Shown here piece by piece: positions 54,304 to 64,000 of a stretch of 64,000 nt of DNA (positions within the stretch are counted from its first letter, which is position 1; each line of letters starts with the position of its first letter). Under the pieces are notes generated by a model that saw only the letters and a program-made list of their open reading frames with translations, was not told where the DNA came from and searched no databases. A program made the position numbers and the translations under genes. The DNA comes from Candidatus Lustribacter sp. (lineage in GTDB: Bacteria; Vulcanimicrobiota; Vulcanimicrobiia; Vulcanimicrobiales; Vulcanimicrobiaceae), in assembly GCA_965277805.1 (NCBI GenBank), contig OZ255842.1, forward strand, positions 3,104,001-3,168,000. Direction: 5' to 3'.

Positions 54304-57300
54304 GATCGATCCCGTGGGCGTGCGACTCGCCGGCCTTGGTGTGCTGCGCGGCGGGCACCGGTGCGTCGACTTCCGTCCCGCCGTACGCCGCGCGGCGCCC
54401 CGGCCGGATGGTGCACGTCAGCGTCTTGGCCTCGTGAATCGAAACGTTCGGGTCCATAGCCAGCGGAATGAGATCCCCCACGACGTCGCCGCTCGTGTAT
54501 CCGAGCGTGCCGTAATTATACGGTATGCCGATCTGATGTACGCGTTGTCCCCGGCCAAGCCGCAGCGGACGCATGCGCCCGCTGACCAGGGCGCGCGCTT
54601 CGATCTCACCGACGCGCGTCTTGATCGTCGCCCAGCCGCCGTTCTTGATGCCCTTCAACACCGCAAGCTCCGGATCGATCTCGACGAAGAGCGCCGGCTG
54701 CAGTTCGGCCAGCCACGGCACGTAACGCGTCATGATCCCCGAGTGCTCGGTCAACCGGTAGGTCGTGAGCACGTAGGGGAACTCCGGGTCCTGCAGAGGG
54801 TTGTAGCGGTTGTCGTTGCGATCGAATTCGCGCAGCGCCGGATTATTTTGCTGGCCGTAGACGTGGTTGCGCACGACGGACTCCAGCGGCTCGTAGTGCG
54901 CCGGCAACGGGCCGTCCTTCAGCGTTCCGGCCGCGAAGAGCTGTATGCGCCCGTCGGGCTGCATGATGAACGGATCGCTGCCGGCATGCGCGTCGATGCC
55001 GGTCGCGCCGGGTTTGCCCGGCGTGCGCGGGTCCTTCTTGAGCGGGAAGTCCGGGACGTCGGGACCAGCCCACTTCTTCGCCTCGTCGTCCCAGTACATG
55101 TACTTCTTGCGTTCGCTCCACGGTTTGCCGTCGGGGTCGGCCGAGGCGCGGTTGTAGAGCATGCGGCGATTGGCCGGCCACGCAAAGCCCCAGCCGAGCG
55201 ACGTCCAATCGTCTTTGACGCGATTGCGCGCGCAGTTTGTTTCTTTGTCGGGACAGACCCCGGAGAAGATCCACGCGCCGCACGCCGTCGAGCCGTCGTC
55301 TTTGAGGTCGGCGAAGCCCGTAACTTGCTCGCACTCATAGCCGCGTTTGCCGGGCTCGACTTTGTAGCCGTTGATCTCTTGCAGCACTTTGACGGCCGAA
55401 GGTTCGCCGCGTTTGCGCTCGTGTTCGTCCTCGTGCGGATACTCCCACGTGAGATCGCGAATCGGCCGGTCTTTCGGATCGGTCGAATTCGCGTACAGCG
55501 TCTTCAGCCGCATGCCGAGCTGATAGATCAAGAACAGATCGGACTTGGCGTCGCCGGCCGGCTCGACGGCCTTGTCGTGGAACTGCAGCATCCGATTGGT
55601 ATTGACCATCGTGCCGTCTTTTTCGAGAACGGTTGCGCACGGCAAGAAGAACGTCTCGGTGCCGATTTTCGCGGGATCGGCGCCCTCGCGCCGCCAGAAC
55701 GACGCGGTCTCCGTTTCGTATGAATCGATGACGACCATCCACTCCAAGCGTTCGAGGGCCGCGCGCGCGAGTTCGGCGTTCTGACCGGACGACGCCGGGT
55801 TCATGCCGATGACGAAGTAGCCTTTGACGTTGCCGTCCTTCATCGAGATCTGCGTCGGCAGCACCGAGTAGTCGCCCGAGATCTGCGGCAGATAGTCATA
55901 GCAGAAATCGTTCTCGGGCGTGGCCGCATCGCCGTAATACGCTTTGAGCAGCGACGTCATGTACTTCGGCGCGTTCGACCACCAGCCGGGTTTGGACGCA
56001 TTCTTGAGATACCCGGCGTACGTCTGTTCATCGCGCAGCGTCGAGGGCATCGGCAGATAGCCCGGCAGCAAGTCATAGAGCGTCGGGATGTCGGTTGCGC
56101 CTTGGATGTTCGCATGCCCGCGCAGCGCCATGATCCCGCCGCCCGGACGGCCCATGTTTCCGAGCAGCGTTTGCAGGATGCCCGCCGTGCGGATATACTG
56201 CACGCCGACCGTGTGCTGCGTCCAGCCGACGGCGTACGCAAAGGCGGTCGTGCGCTCGCGGCCGCTATTATCGGCGAGGATGTTTGCGATTTGCTCCATC
56301 GTTTCGGCCGGCATGCCGCACACGTCTTCGACCATCTGCGGCGTGTAGCGCGAGAAATGTTTGCGCAGCAGGTTGATCACGCAGCGCGGATGGGCGAGCG
56401 TTTCGTCGCGCTTGGGAATCTTGACCGTGCCCTCGCCGTCGAAACGCGGCACGTCTTCCATCTCGAACGTCCACGTCTCGGTGTCGTAGCTGCCGGGCGA
56501 GACCTTCGACTTGCCGTGCTCGGCGGCGCTGCCCTCGTTTCCCTGCGTTCCGTGACCGGCACCGGCGTCGCCCTGCGTTTCGCCGACCCAGCCGGAAAAC
56601 AGACCGTCGAGATCTTCCGTGTCTTGGAAATCTTCCCGCACGAGATACGACGCGTTGGTGAACGCCGTGACGTACTCTTTGAAGTAGCGCTCGTTGGTAA
56701 GCATCCAGTTGATCAGCGCGCCCAGGAACACGATGTCGGTGCCGCTGCGGATCGGCGCGTAGAGATCGGACACGGCCGACGTGCGCGTATAGCGCGGATC
56801 GACGTGGATGATCTTCGCGCCGCGTTCTTTCGCTTTCATGACGAAGCGGAACGCCACCGGATGGCATTCGGCAAAATTCGAACCTTCGATCAAAATGCAA
56901 TCGGCATTGACCAGATCCTGAACGAACGTCGTCGCGCCGCCGCGACCGAACGAGGCACCCAGACCGGGCACCGTCGCGCTATGTCAAATTCGCGCCTGGT
57001 TTTCGATCGAGACGACGCCGGCCGACTTGAAGAGCTTCTGCAGTAAGTAGTTCTCTTCGATCCCGAACGTCGCGCCGCCGAGCGATGCGATGCCGAGCGT
57101 ATGATTGCGGCGTTTGCCGTCGTCGCCGGCGCGCACGAACGTCTCGTCGCGCGCGGCCTTGAATTTTTCCGCGATCCGGTCGAGCGCCCAATCCAAGCTG
57201 ACGTCAACCCACTCGCTGCTATAGGGCGCGCGGTATTTCGGCGTCGTCCAGCGCTGGTCGTTGACCGTCAAGCCGAAGATCGCCGAGCCCTTGGGGCACA

Positions 57301-57565
57301 GATGTCCGCCGCTGACCGGACTATCGGGGTTGCCCTCGACATCGAGCAACTTGCCCTCATCGCTAACGTAGGCCAGCGTGCTGCAGCCGACCGCACAGTA
57401 CGGACAGAGGCTGACCACCGGCTTCGCGCCTTTGACCCGGCCCGCCAGCTCCTGTGTACGCTTGGACTTCACGCTCGGCGTGTTTCCGACGCGCTCGCCC
57501 AGGCGCAGGCCCGAAACGGCACGCGAGATGATCGACGTGAGGTCGATGGTGGGTTTGACGGCCAT
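54284..57565 (-). CDS. Selenocysteine-containing formate dehydrogenase alpha subunit (FdnG/FdoG-like), about 1093 aa
   Basis: The ORFs 56984..57709 and 54284..56971 are in the same frame, joined through TGA at 56984-56986 in ENQARI-U-HSATV. CPYCAVGC...HLCPKG 4Fe-4S motif, LRGHANIQG active-site motif, GGAGG RBS before ATG 57565. Confidence 0.95.
56954..56972 (-). promoter_or_regulatory. Bacterial SECIS element
   Basis: UGA + 11 nt (CAUAGCGCGAC) + hairpin GGUGCCC-GGUCU-GGGUGCC; same spacing and GGUCU loop sequence as the E. coli fdhF SECIS. Confidence 0.85.
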
Positions 57566-57711
57566 GATGTGCCTCCAACGAGTTTGCTTGGCGCTTGTAC
57601 CCCGCAAAAGGAGGTACCTGCACGAGAAAAACCGTAGACCGCGCGTTGCGCCGTCGTCCATCATGGACGCTGGCAATATCAAACAACGCTTACCTTCTGT
57701 GGAGTGCACTC

Positions 57712-58947
57712 ATGCCGACCGAACCGTCGGTTCACTCGCAGTCGACTTCACGGCCCAACGGCCGTGAGAGCGACGTAGCTTCTCCCTACAAGGGATTCGC
57801 TACTCGAGCGATCCGAATCGGACAAGATCCGGATAGCGCGACCGGGTCAACCATTGTCCCCATCTACCAAACCGCGACGTTCACGCAGCAAGCCGTGGGC
57901 GTACACAAGGGCTTCGATTACGCGCGCTCGGGAAACCCGACGCGGCTCGCACTCGAACGCCAGCTCGCCGATCTCGAGAGTGCCCGTTACGGCATCTCGT
58001 TCGGCTCGGGCATGGCGGCTGCGCACGCGGTCACTTCGCTGCTCTCCTCGGGCGATCACATCATCGCCACCAAGGACATCTACGGCGGCGTCCACCGGCT
58101 GCTGACCGTGATCATGCCGAAGTACGGCATCACGACCACGTTCGTCGACATGACCGACGCCGCAGCGGTGCGCGCCGCGGTCACGCCGGCGACGAAGCTG
58201 TTCTGGGTCGAGACGCCGACCAATCCGCTGTTGACCGTGATCGACATCGCCGCGATCTGTGCGATCCGCCAACCCGGCCAAATCGTCGCGGTCGATAACA
58301 CATTCTGCTCGCCGTACCTGCAGCGGCCGATCGAACTCGGCGCCGACATCACCTGGCACTCGACGACGAAGTACATCAACGGCCACAGCGACGTGGTCGG
58401 CGGGATCGTCATCACCGACAACGCCGATATCCACGCGCAGATCGCGTTTCACCAGAACGCGGTCGGCGCGATTCCCGGACCGCAGGATTCGTTCCTGACG
58501 CTCCGCGGCGCGAAGACGCTGGCGGTGCGGATGCGCGAGCACGTGAAGAACGCGCAGATCGTGGCCGAGTGGCTCGCCGGGCGCGACGACGTCTCCGACG
58601 TCTACTACCCGGGGTTGAAAACCCACCCGCAGTACGAACTTGCGCAGCGCCAAATGCACGGTTCGGGCGGCGTGCTCTCGTTCCGCGCACGCGGCGGCGC
58701 CGATCGTGCGCTCGCCATCGCGCGCAGTACGAAGATCTTCAACCTGGCGGCGTCGCTCGGCGGCGTTGAATCGCTGATCTGCATCCCGACCGTGATGACC
58801 CACGGCTCGATGCCGGTGCAAGAAAAGATCGCGCTCGGCGTGACGGACGATCTCCTACGCATCTCGGTCGGCATCGAAGACGTCGAGGATCTCATCGCCG
58901 ATCTCGAAGCCGCGCTCACGCGAAGCCAGGTGTTCTCGGTCGCTTAG
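57712..58947 (+). CDS. Cystathionine gamma-lyase/synthase (Cys/Met metabolism PLP enzyme)
   Basis: PIYQTATF, YARSGNPTR, FGSGMAA, ETPTNP, DNTF, HSTTKYINGHSDV, SLGGVESL, LRISVGIE. Confidence 0.93.
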   Translation: MPTEPSVHSQSTSRPNGRESDVASPYKGFATRAIRIGQDPDSATGSTIVPIYQTATFTQQAVGVHKGFDYARSGNPTRLALERQLADLESARYGISFGSGMAAAHAVTSLLSSGDHIIATKDIYGGVHRLLTVIMPKYGITTTFVDMTDAAAVRAAVTPATKLFWVETPTNPLLTVIDIAAICAIRQPGQIVAVDNTFCSPYLQRPIELGADITWHSTTKYINGHSDVVGGIVITDNADIHAQIAFHQNAVGAIPGPQDSFLTLRGAKTLAVRMREHVKNAQIVAEWLAGRDDVSDVYYPGLKTHPQYELAQRQMHGSGGVLSFRARGGADRALAIARSTKIFNLAASLGGVESLICIPTVMTHGSMPVQEKIALGVTDDLLRISVGIEDVEDLIADLEAALTRSQVFSVA

Positions 58948-59303
58948 AGGCGGTCGGTCCGGCGGCGCCTGAGTTGTGCTTGGAGCGCCGCATGCGTCCG
59001 GCATTGCAACAGCTCCACGTGACCGGTGGGCATCGTGGAATCGACGGCGATGCAGCCGCAGCTGAACACCGCGCTTTGGCGTTCGCGCGTAGCGCCGAGC
59101 GAAAACAGCATGGTCGCACCGTCGGTCCCGGCGGCGAGCGTCTCCGCAACCGAGCGGGCGTCGCCGCGACGGCGGTGGTATTTCCGCCGGTCGCCGGCGC
59201 GCGGATCAAGATCACCCAGCGCGAACTCGACAACGAGGGTACGGTCGCTGCGGCGATCTTCCACGCGACGGTTCAGCTGCTGTTTCACGGTGATGCCAAC
59301 CAT
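58944..59303 (-). CDS. Hypothetical protein with repeated RRxxDRR motifs and a CGC..C..H cluster
   Basis: 119 aa ORF following ppc on the same strand and filling the intergenic gap. Confidence 0.5.
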   Translation of the reverse strand: MVGITVKQQLNRRVEDRRSDRTLVVEFALGDLDPRAGDRRKYHRRRGDARSVAETLAAGTDGATMLFSLGATRERQSAVFSCGCIAVDSTMPTGHVELLQCRTHAALQAQLRRRRTDRL

Positions 59304-59355
59304 TTGAAGAGCTTGTACCCGGGTCCCTTCGCATCGGACACGGCTTGGCTCAGGC

Positions 59356-62010
59356 TTAACCCGTAACGCGCAAACCGGCGGCTACGCCGTTGATCGAGAG
59401 GCGAATGGCGTTAGCGAGCGCCATGTCAGTCTTACCACCGGCGCGATACGCTCGCAGCAGGCGTACCTGCAAAAGCGAGAGCGGATCCACGTACGGATTG
59501 CGCAGGGCGATGCTGCGCTCCAGCGTGGGGTCGTCTTGCAGCAAGCGGGTATGGCCGTAGATGTCGAGCAGCGCCGCGACCGACGCGTCGTGCTCCTCGC
59601 GAATGCGCGTGACGAAGCGCGCGCGCGCCTTTTCGTCGTCGACGAGCTCGCGCGCGTAGCGCTCGAAGATCGCCAGGTCGGCGATCGCAAGCGCGCGTTC
59701 GACATTGCGCACCAGCGTACCGAAGAACGGAAAATCGCGCAGCATCGCGCGTAAGACATCGAGGTTCTCACGTTCCGCCGCGACCGCGCTGCCGAACCCA
59801 TACCAGCCCGGCAGGAGCGCGCGCGTTTGCGCCCAGCCGAACGACCACGGGATCGCGCGCAGATCCTCGATCGAACGCCGCTCGCCGCGCCGCGCCGGCC
59901 GCGAGCTGATTTGCATTTCGCCGATCTCATCGACCGGCGTTGCGGCCGCGAAGAAATCCAGAAAGCCGGGGCTTGCGATCAAGTCCACGTACGCGGTCTG
60001 CGCGCCGGCCGCCATCCGGTCGAGCAGTGCAAACCACTCCGGCGCGAAATTCGCCGGCGCACCGATGCCGCCGAGCACCGACGTCACCACGAGTTCGAGG
60101 TTGCGCCGCGCAAGCGACGGCAGCCCGTAGCGGTCGCTGATCACCTCGCCTTGCTCGGTGACTTTGAAACGGCCCTCACGCACTTGCGGCGGCTGCGCGG
60201 CGATCGCTTCCCGCGCATCGGCCACGCCGCGTCCGGGCGAGCCGCCGCGCCCGTGAAAGAAGCGCAGGGTGACGCCGTGCTTGCCCGCAACGTCGTGCAC
60301 CGCCAGTTGCGCGCGGTAGATCGACCACGAACTGAAGACGATCCCGGCCACCTTCGCGCTGTCGGAATATCCGAGCATGACTTCCCACAAATCGCCGCAC
60401 GCGCGGACGTTCGCGCGGAAGCCGGGGCTTGCCAGGAGTGCTTCGGCGATGTCCGGCCCGTTGGCAACCGACGTTGCGCTCTCGAGCAGCGGCACGACTT
60501 GCAGCGGCCCCGCGTCCAGCGCACCGCACGCGCGCGCCAGTACCAGCAGCGCGAGCAGTTCGAACGGCTCTTCCGAATTGGCCAGGATCATCGAGGCGAC
60601 CGTCTGCGGTCCGCGCCGCGCGCGCAGCGCGGCGACCGATTCGAGCGAGACGATGATGTCGGTGGCCTCGTCGGAAAATGCACGCGTGCGCGGCAGCAGG
60701 GGCCGCGCGGTCGCAAGTTCGCGTTCGATCCAGGCCGCGCGTTCGGCCGGGGGGCGCTGCGAGAGCGGCGGCTGCCCGGGTTCGATCGCGGCGACGATCT
60801 CGTCGAGCGTGCGCACGACCTTGCCGCTCTGCTGCCGCCACTCGAGCGCGCACAGGTGGAAGCCGAACATCGCGACCGCGCGGCGCAAACGCCGCAGCGG
60901 TCGCACGACGCTCGGTCCGCTGCTCGCGCTCACGCTCGCGTCGATCAACGACAGATCGGCGTCGAGCGCGCCGGCGTCCGGGTAGCCGCCGGGCGCATCG
61001 TCGCGCGCGAGCGTCAGCCGGCGGTGAATGAAGGCGAGCTTGCGCCGGTACGGCTCGGCTTCTTGCCGCGGACCGATCGTGTAGCGCACGTCGCTCAGCT
61101 CCTCGCCGTCGCGCTCGAGCGAGGCGATCAGTTCCGGCGCCACGGCCCCGCGCACGACGTCTTGCGAAAAACGCGCCTGCAGTTCTTCCACCGCGAAAAT
61201 CGTCCGCTCCAGCACGAACGCGCGCGCTCGCTCGTGCGCGCCCAAAATCGCATCGGGGGCGACGTTCGAGTTGCCGTCGCGATCCGAACCGATCCAGCTG
61301 CCGAAGCTCAAGAACGACGGCACCGCCGTGGCGAGCTGCGCTTCCAGGCGTTCGAAGAGCAGCGTCGCTTCATCGAAGATCGCTTCGCGAAAGCGCGCCA
61401 TCAAGTTGCGCACTTCGTCGGCGACCGTGGGCGGCGTCGCGTAGAGTTCTTTGCTCTGCCAGAGCAGCACGAGTTGCGCCTGCAGCTCGGTTTCGATGTC
61501 CGCCTCTTCCTCGCGGGTGAGGACGCGCTCGTCGCTCGCGCGCAGCAGCGCGGCGATCGCCGCGAGCTTCTCGCTCGTCGTGCGGCGGCGCACTTCGGTC
61601 GGGTGCGCGGTGTAGACCAAGCGAATCTCGAGCTTGTCCAGCAGCGTGGCGGCTGCGGCGGGAAGCGTTTCGAGCGATCCGCGTAACGGCGCTTCGCCGG
61701 CGATCGCGCGTTCGCGCCGCCGCCGTTCGCGATGCAATTCTTCCGCCAAGTTCACCATCTGGAAGTACAGGGTGAAGGCGCGGATCACGTCGACGGCATC
61801 GTCGATGCTCAGCGCATCGAGGATCGCGTCGATCTCGCCCTCAGCGACGCTGCCCGGCTCGCTGCGCGCCCGCCTGGTGAGCGCGCGCAGGCGCTCGACG
61901 TAGTCGAAGGTGCCCGGTCGCGCATACGCGACCAGCACGTCGCCGACGAGCCGTCCCAGAGCCGTAACGCGCGCTCGTAAGGGCGCGCTTGAATCGCGTT
62001 CGATGGGCAC
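59356..62010 (-). CDS. ppc: Phosphoenolpyruvate carboxylase
   Basis: VYTAHPTE, SWIGSDRDGN, MLGYSDSAK, FHGRGGS.GRG, TEQGE, LRAIPW, RNPYVDPL, GLRVTG. Confidence 0.95.
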   Translation of the reverse strand: MPIERDSSAPLRARVTALGRLVGDVLVAYARPGTFDYVERLRALTRRARSEPGSVAEGEIDAILDALSIDDAVDVIRAFTLYFQMVNLAEELHRERRRRERAIAGEAPLRGSLETLPAAAATLLDKLEIRLVYTAHPTEVRRRTTSEKLAAIAALLRASDERVLTREEEADIETELQAQLVLLWQSKELYATPPTVADEVRNLMARFREAIFDEATLLFERLEAQLATAVPSFLSFGSWIGSDRDGNSNVAPDAILGAHERARAFVLERTIFAVEELQARFSQDVVRGAVAPELIASLERDGEELSDVRYTIGPRQEAEPYRRKLAFIHRRLTLARDDAPGGYPDAGALDADLSLIDASVSASSGPSVVRPLRRLRRAVAMFGFHLCALEWRQQSGKVVRTLDEIVAAIEPGQPPLSQRPPAERAAWIERELATARPLLPRTRAFSDEATDIIVSLESVAALRARRGPQTVASMILANSEEPFELLALLVLARACGALDAGPLQVVPLLESATSVANGPDIAEALLASPGFRANVRACGDLWEVMLGYSDSAKVAGIVFSSWSIYRAQLAVHDVAGKHGVTLRFFHGRGGSPGRGVADAREAIAAQPPQVREGRFKVTEQGEVISDRYGLPSLARRNLELVVTSVLGGIGAPANFAPEWFALLDRMAAGAQTAYVDLIASPGFLDFFAAATPVDEIGEMQISSRPARRGERRSIEDLRAIPWSFGWAQTRALLPGWYGFGSAVAAERENLDVLRAMLRDFPFFGTLVRNVERALAIADLAIFERYARELVDDEKARARFVTRIREEHDASVAALLDIYGHTRLLQDDPTLERSIALRNPYVDPLSLLQVRLLRAYRAGGKTDMALANAIRLSINGVAAGLRVTG

Positions 62011-62049
62011 CGCTTCGTGCGTCGCTGCACCCCGCCTTTGGCCGAAGTG

Positions 62050-62619
62050 CTAACGACGGGAGATGCGTGCGGCGAGTTCGGCTTCGGTGTCGATGTCCTC
62101 GAACGCGCGCGGATCGCCGACGTCGACGATGCGCCGCCGCAAGCCCGCCGCGTCGCGCACGCGATTGAGCCCGTCGCCGTCGGGAAGCGCTGCGATCGCG
62201 CGCCGCGCCACGGGGCCGAAGACCACCGGATGACCGAGCCGCTCGCCCGCTCGCGGCACGACGACGTCAACGTCATCACCGTAGGCAGCGAGCACGCGCG
62301 CGATTGCTGCCGCGTCGCAATCCGGCAGATCGCCGAGCAAGACCGCGATCGGTTCGTCCGGCTCGATCGCCGCGTCGGCCAGCGCGAGCGAACGGTTCAT
62401 CCCGCGTTCGGGCTCGTTGTTGGAAACGATTTGCACGCGTTCGGCAACACCCAGCGCCGCCAATTCCGCCGCCACGGCATCCGATGCCACGACGACCGTC
62501 GGCCACGCCGCCGTGGCGTCGACCGCGCGCCCGATCAAGGAGCGCCCGTCGATGCGCGCGAGCAATTTCTGCCGGCCCATCCGTCGCGACGCGCCCGCCG
62601 CGAGCACGACGATCGTCAG
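62050..62619 (-). CDS. mocA: MocA-like nucleotidyltransferase (molybdenum cofactor cytidylyltransferase)
   Basis: LAAGASRRMG.QKLL, GMNRSL, LGDLP, GHPVVF, DIDT; start uncertain (CTG 62619 overlapping the xdhC stop, or GTG 62607). Confidence 0.82.
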   Translation of the reverse strand: MTIVVLAAGASRRMGRQKLLARIDGRSLIGRAVDATAAWPTVVVASDAVAAELAALGVAERVQIVSNNEPERGMNRSLALADAAIEPDEPIAVLLGDLPDCDAAAIARVLAAYGDDVDVVVPRAGERLGHPVVFGPVARRAIAALPDGDGLNRVRDAAGLRRRIVDVGDPRAFEDIDTEAELAARISRR

Positions 62620-63602
62620 GCCGGAACCATCACCTTGCTGCGAATTGGCCCCGTGCCGTAGCGCAGCGAGGAACCGGCGGCGCCGTGCTGTTCCTTGACG
62701 ATCTCGGCAACGACGGCCAGCGCGATCTCTTCGGGCGAACGTGCCCCGAGATCGAGACCGATCGGTGCGTGGAGCCGGCCCAAGTCGGCGTCGGTGAAAC
62801 CGCGTTCGCGCAGCGCTTCGGCGCGCCGGGCGGTCGTGCCGCGGCTGCCCATTGCGCCGATGTATCCGGCCGGGCTGCGCAGCGCCGCCGCGATGCCGGG
62901 CACGTCGAACTTCGGATCGTGGGCGAGCGAGACGATCGCCGTGCGTGCGTCGATCGCCGCGCCTTCGAGCACTTCATCCGGCCACGCCACCAGCACTTCC
63001 GCGCCGGGAAAGCGCGAGGGCACCGCAAACGGCGCGCGCGGATCGATGATCGTCACCGCAAACCCGAGCGTCTTCGCGTAGGTGAGCAGCGGGCGGGCGA
63101 CGTCGACCGCACCGATGACGTACATGCGCGGCGGCTGGCCGTAGCGCAACACGAACGTGCGTTCATCGCAGCGGTTGATCGCATCGTCGTCGTGCAGCAC
63201 GCGCATCGTGAACGGCGGATCGATCGCAAGCGCGAGCGCAAACGGCTCGCCGGTTTCTTGCGCGGCGACGAATGCTTCGAAAGTGTCGCGGTCGAGTTCG
63301 CGGGTGACGACGTGCAGGGTACCGCCGCAGGTCGGTCCGCCGTCGAAGTCGTCGTCCGGACCGAACGAATTGCGCCGCGGCGGCCCGCCGTCGAAGATCG
63401 AATCGGCAACGTCGACGAGCGTCGACTCGACGCAGCCGCCGCTGATCGCGCCGGCCAAGTCGTGATCGCTCGACACGGCGAACATCGCGCCCGCGTCGCG
63501 CGGCGACGGCCCGTCGGTATCGACCAGTGTGGCGAGCACGACGCGCTTGCCCTCGGCGAACCAGCCCCGGACGCGCTCACTGACTTCGTTCATGCTATCC
63601 AC
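62616..63602 (-). CDS. xdhC: XdhC/CoxI family molybdoenzyme maturation factor
   Basis: GPSPRDAGA, ISGGCVE, CGG, HDPKFD, YIGAMGSR, APIGLDLGARSPEEIALA. Confidence 0.92.
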   Translation of the reverse strand: MDSMNEVSERVRGWFAEGKRVVLATLVDTDGPSPRDAGAMFAVSSDHDLAGAISGGCVESTLVDVADSIFDGGPPRRNSFGPDDDFDGGPTCGGTLHVVTRELDRDTFEAFVAAQETGEPFALALAIDPPFTMRVLHDDDAINRCDERTFVLRYGQPPRMYVIGAVDVARPLLTYAKTLGFAVTIIDPRAPFAVPSRFPGAEVLVAWPDEVLEGAAIDARTAIVSLAHDPKFDVPGIAAALRSPAGYIGAMGSRGTTARRAEALRERGFTDADLGRLHAPIGLDLGARSPEEIALAVVAEIVKEQHGAAGSSLRYGTGPIRSKVMVPA

Positions 63603-63676
63603 TTCGATTAGCCCGAGGCCCCTTCCGGTTGCGCCTGGATGAAGGAAAGCCGGTCAAAAACCGGGGAACGCCCCCA

Positions 63677-64000
63677 ATGACCCCCGGTCCGGACCTGGCG
63701 ATCACCCGGGCGCTGCTCGACGAGAAATTCGGGCGGCTGCGCTCGCGCGACCGGACGCTTTTGCAATCGCTGGTGGCGCTCGACGTGTTCGTCGGCCCCC
63801 AGCTGCTGGCGATGCTGCTCGGCATCTCGCCCGGCGCCGTCAACTCCTCGCTGTCGAAACTCAAGCGCGCCGGCCTCGTGCGCTCGACACCGGAGGGCGA
63901 GGTCGGCATCACCTACCGCGTGCTGCGCGATCTGCTGCCCGAGAGCTGGCGCCTGCCGGGTCCGCTCGAGGCGTTGCGCATGGCGGTACTCCTGATCGAT
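63677..64000 (+). CDS. Winged-helix DNA-binding protein, partial (runs off the window)
   Basis: Manual translation from ATG 63677: ...QLLAMLLGISPGAVNSSLSKLKRAGLV..., open to the window end; not in the ORF track. Confidence 0.6.
   Translation, partial: MTPGPDLAITRALLDEKFGRLRSRDRTLLQSLVALDVFVGPQLLAMLLGISPGAVNSSLSKLKRAGLVRSTPEGEVGITYRVLRDLLPESWRLPGPLEALRMAVLLID

Noticed and set aside
56984-57709. Formate dehydrogenase as a pseudogene or two separate genes
   Set aside because: The TGA is at the conserved Sec/Cys ligand position, both parts are in frame, and a SECIS follows.
62050-63602. XdhC and MocA as maturation factors for the nearby formate dehydrogenase
   Set aside because: FDH uses bis-MGD, whereas XdhC and MocA serve xanthine oxidase-family (MCD) enzymes, none of which is in the window.

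Overview
GC-rich bacterial chromosome segment, tentatively Candidatus Eremiobacterota/Vulcanimicrobiota. That placement is an inference from the stalk-domain outer-membrane protein and the many SsuA/THI5-type binding proteins, not from a marker gene. From left to right: (1) a TfuA-like gene cut by the window edge and missed by the ORF track, and a DUF3494 ice-binding lipoprotein coupled to a stalk/beta-barrel protein; (2) an ICL/PEP-mutase-family lyase with an AfuABC-type transporter and a tandemly duplicated binding protein; (3) an accessory aromatic-catabolism region (about 14.8-37.5 kb) with three Rieske oxygenase alpha subunits, an OphB-like dehydrogenase, PhtC-like and OphC-like decarboxylases and many binding proteins, built around tRNA-Thr(CGT) and two degenerate copies of its 3' end plus terminator (att-like scars, no integrase seen); (4) a PHA cluster (phasin-like, phaB, phaC, XRE regulator, phaZ); (5) a four-gene overlapping operon metV-metF-uncharacterised SAM-methyltransferase-fold protein-single-barrel (core) methionine synthase, which is the best candidate here for an undescribed system; (6) gcdH and two SDRs lacking the catalytic Tyr; (7) a selenocysteine formate dehydrogenase operon with an in-frame TGA and SECIS, split by the ORF caller; (8) cystathionine gamma-lyase/synthase, ppc, mocA, xdhC and a partial winged-helix gene. 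No CRISPR array, rRNA or transposase was seen. All family assignments come from recognising motifs by eye, with no database search.
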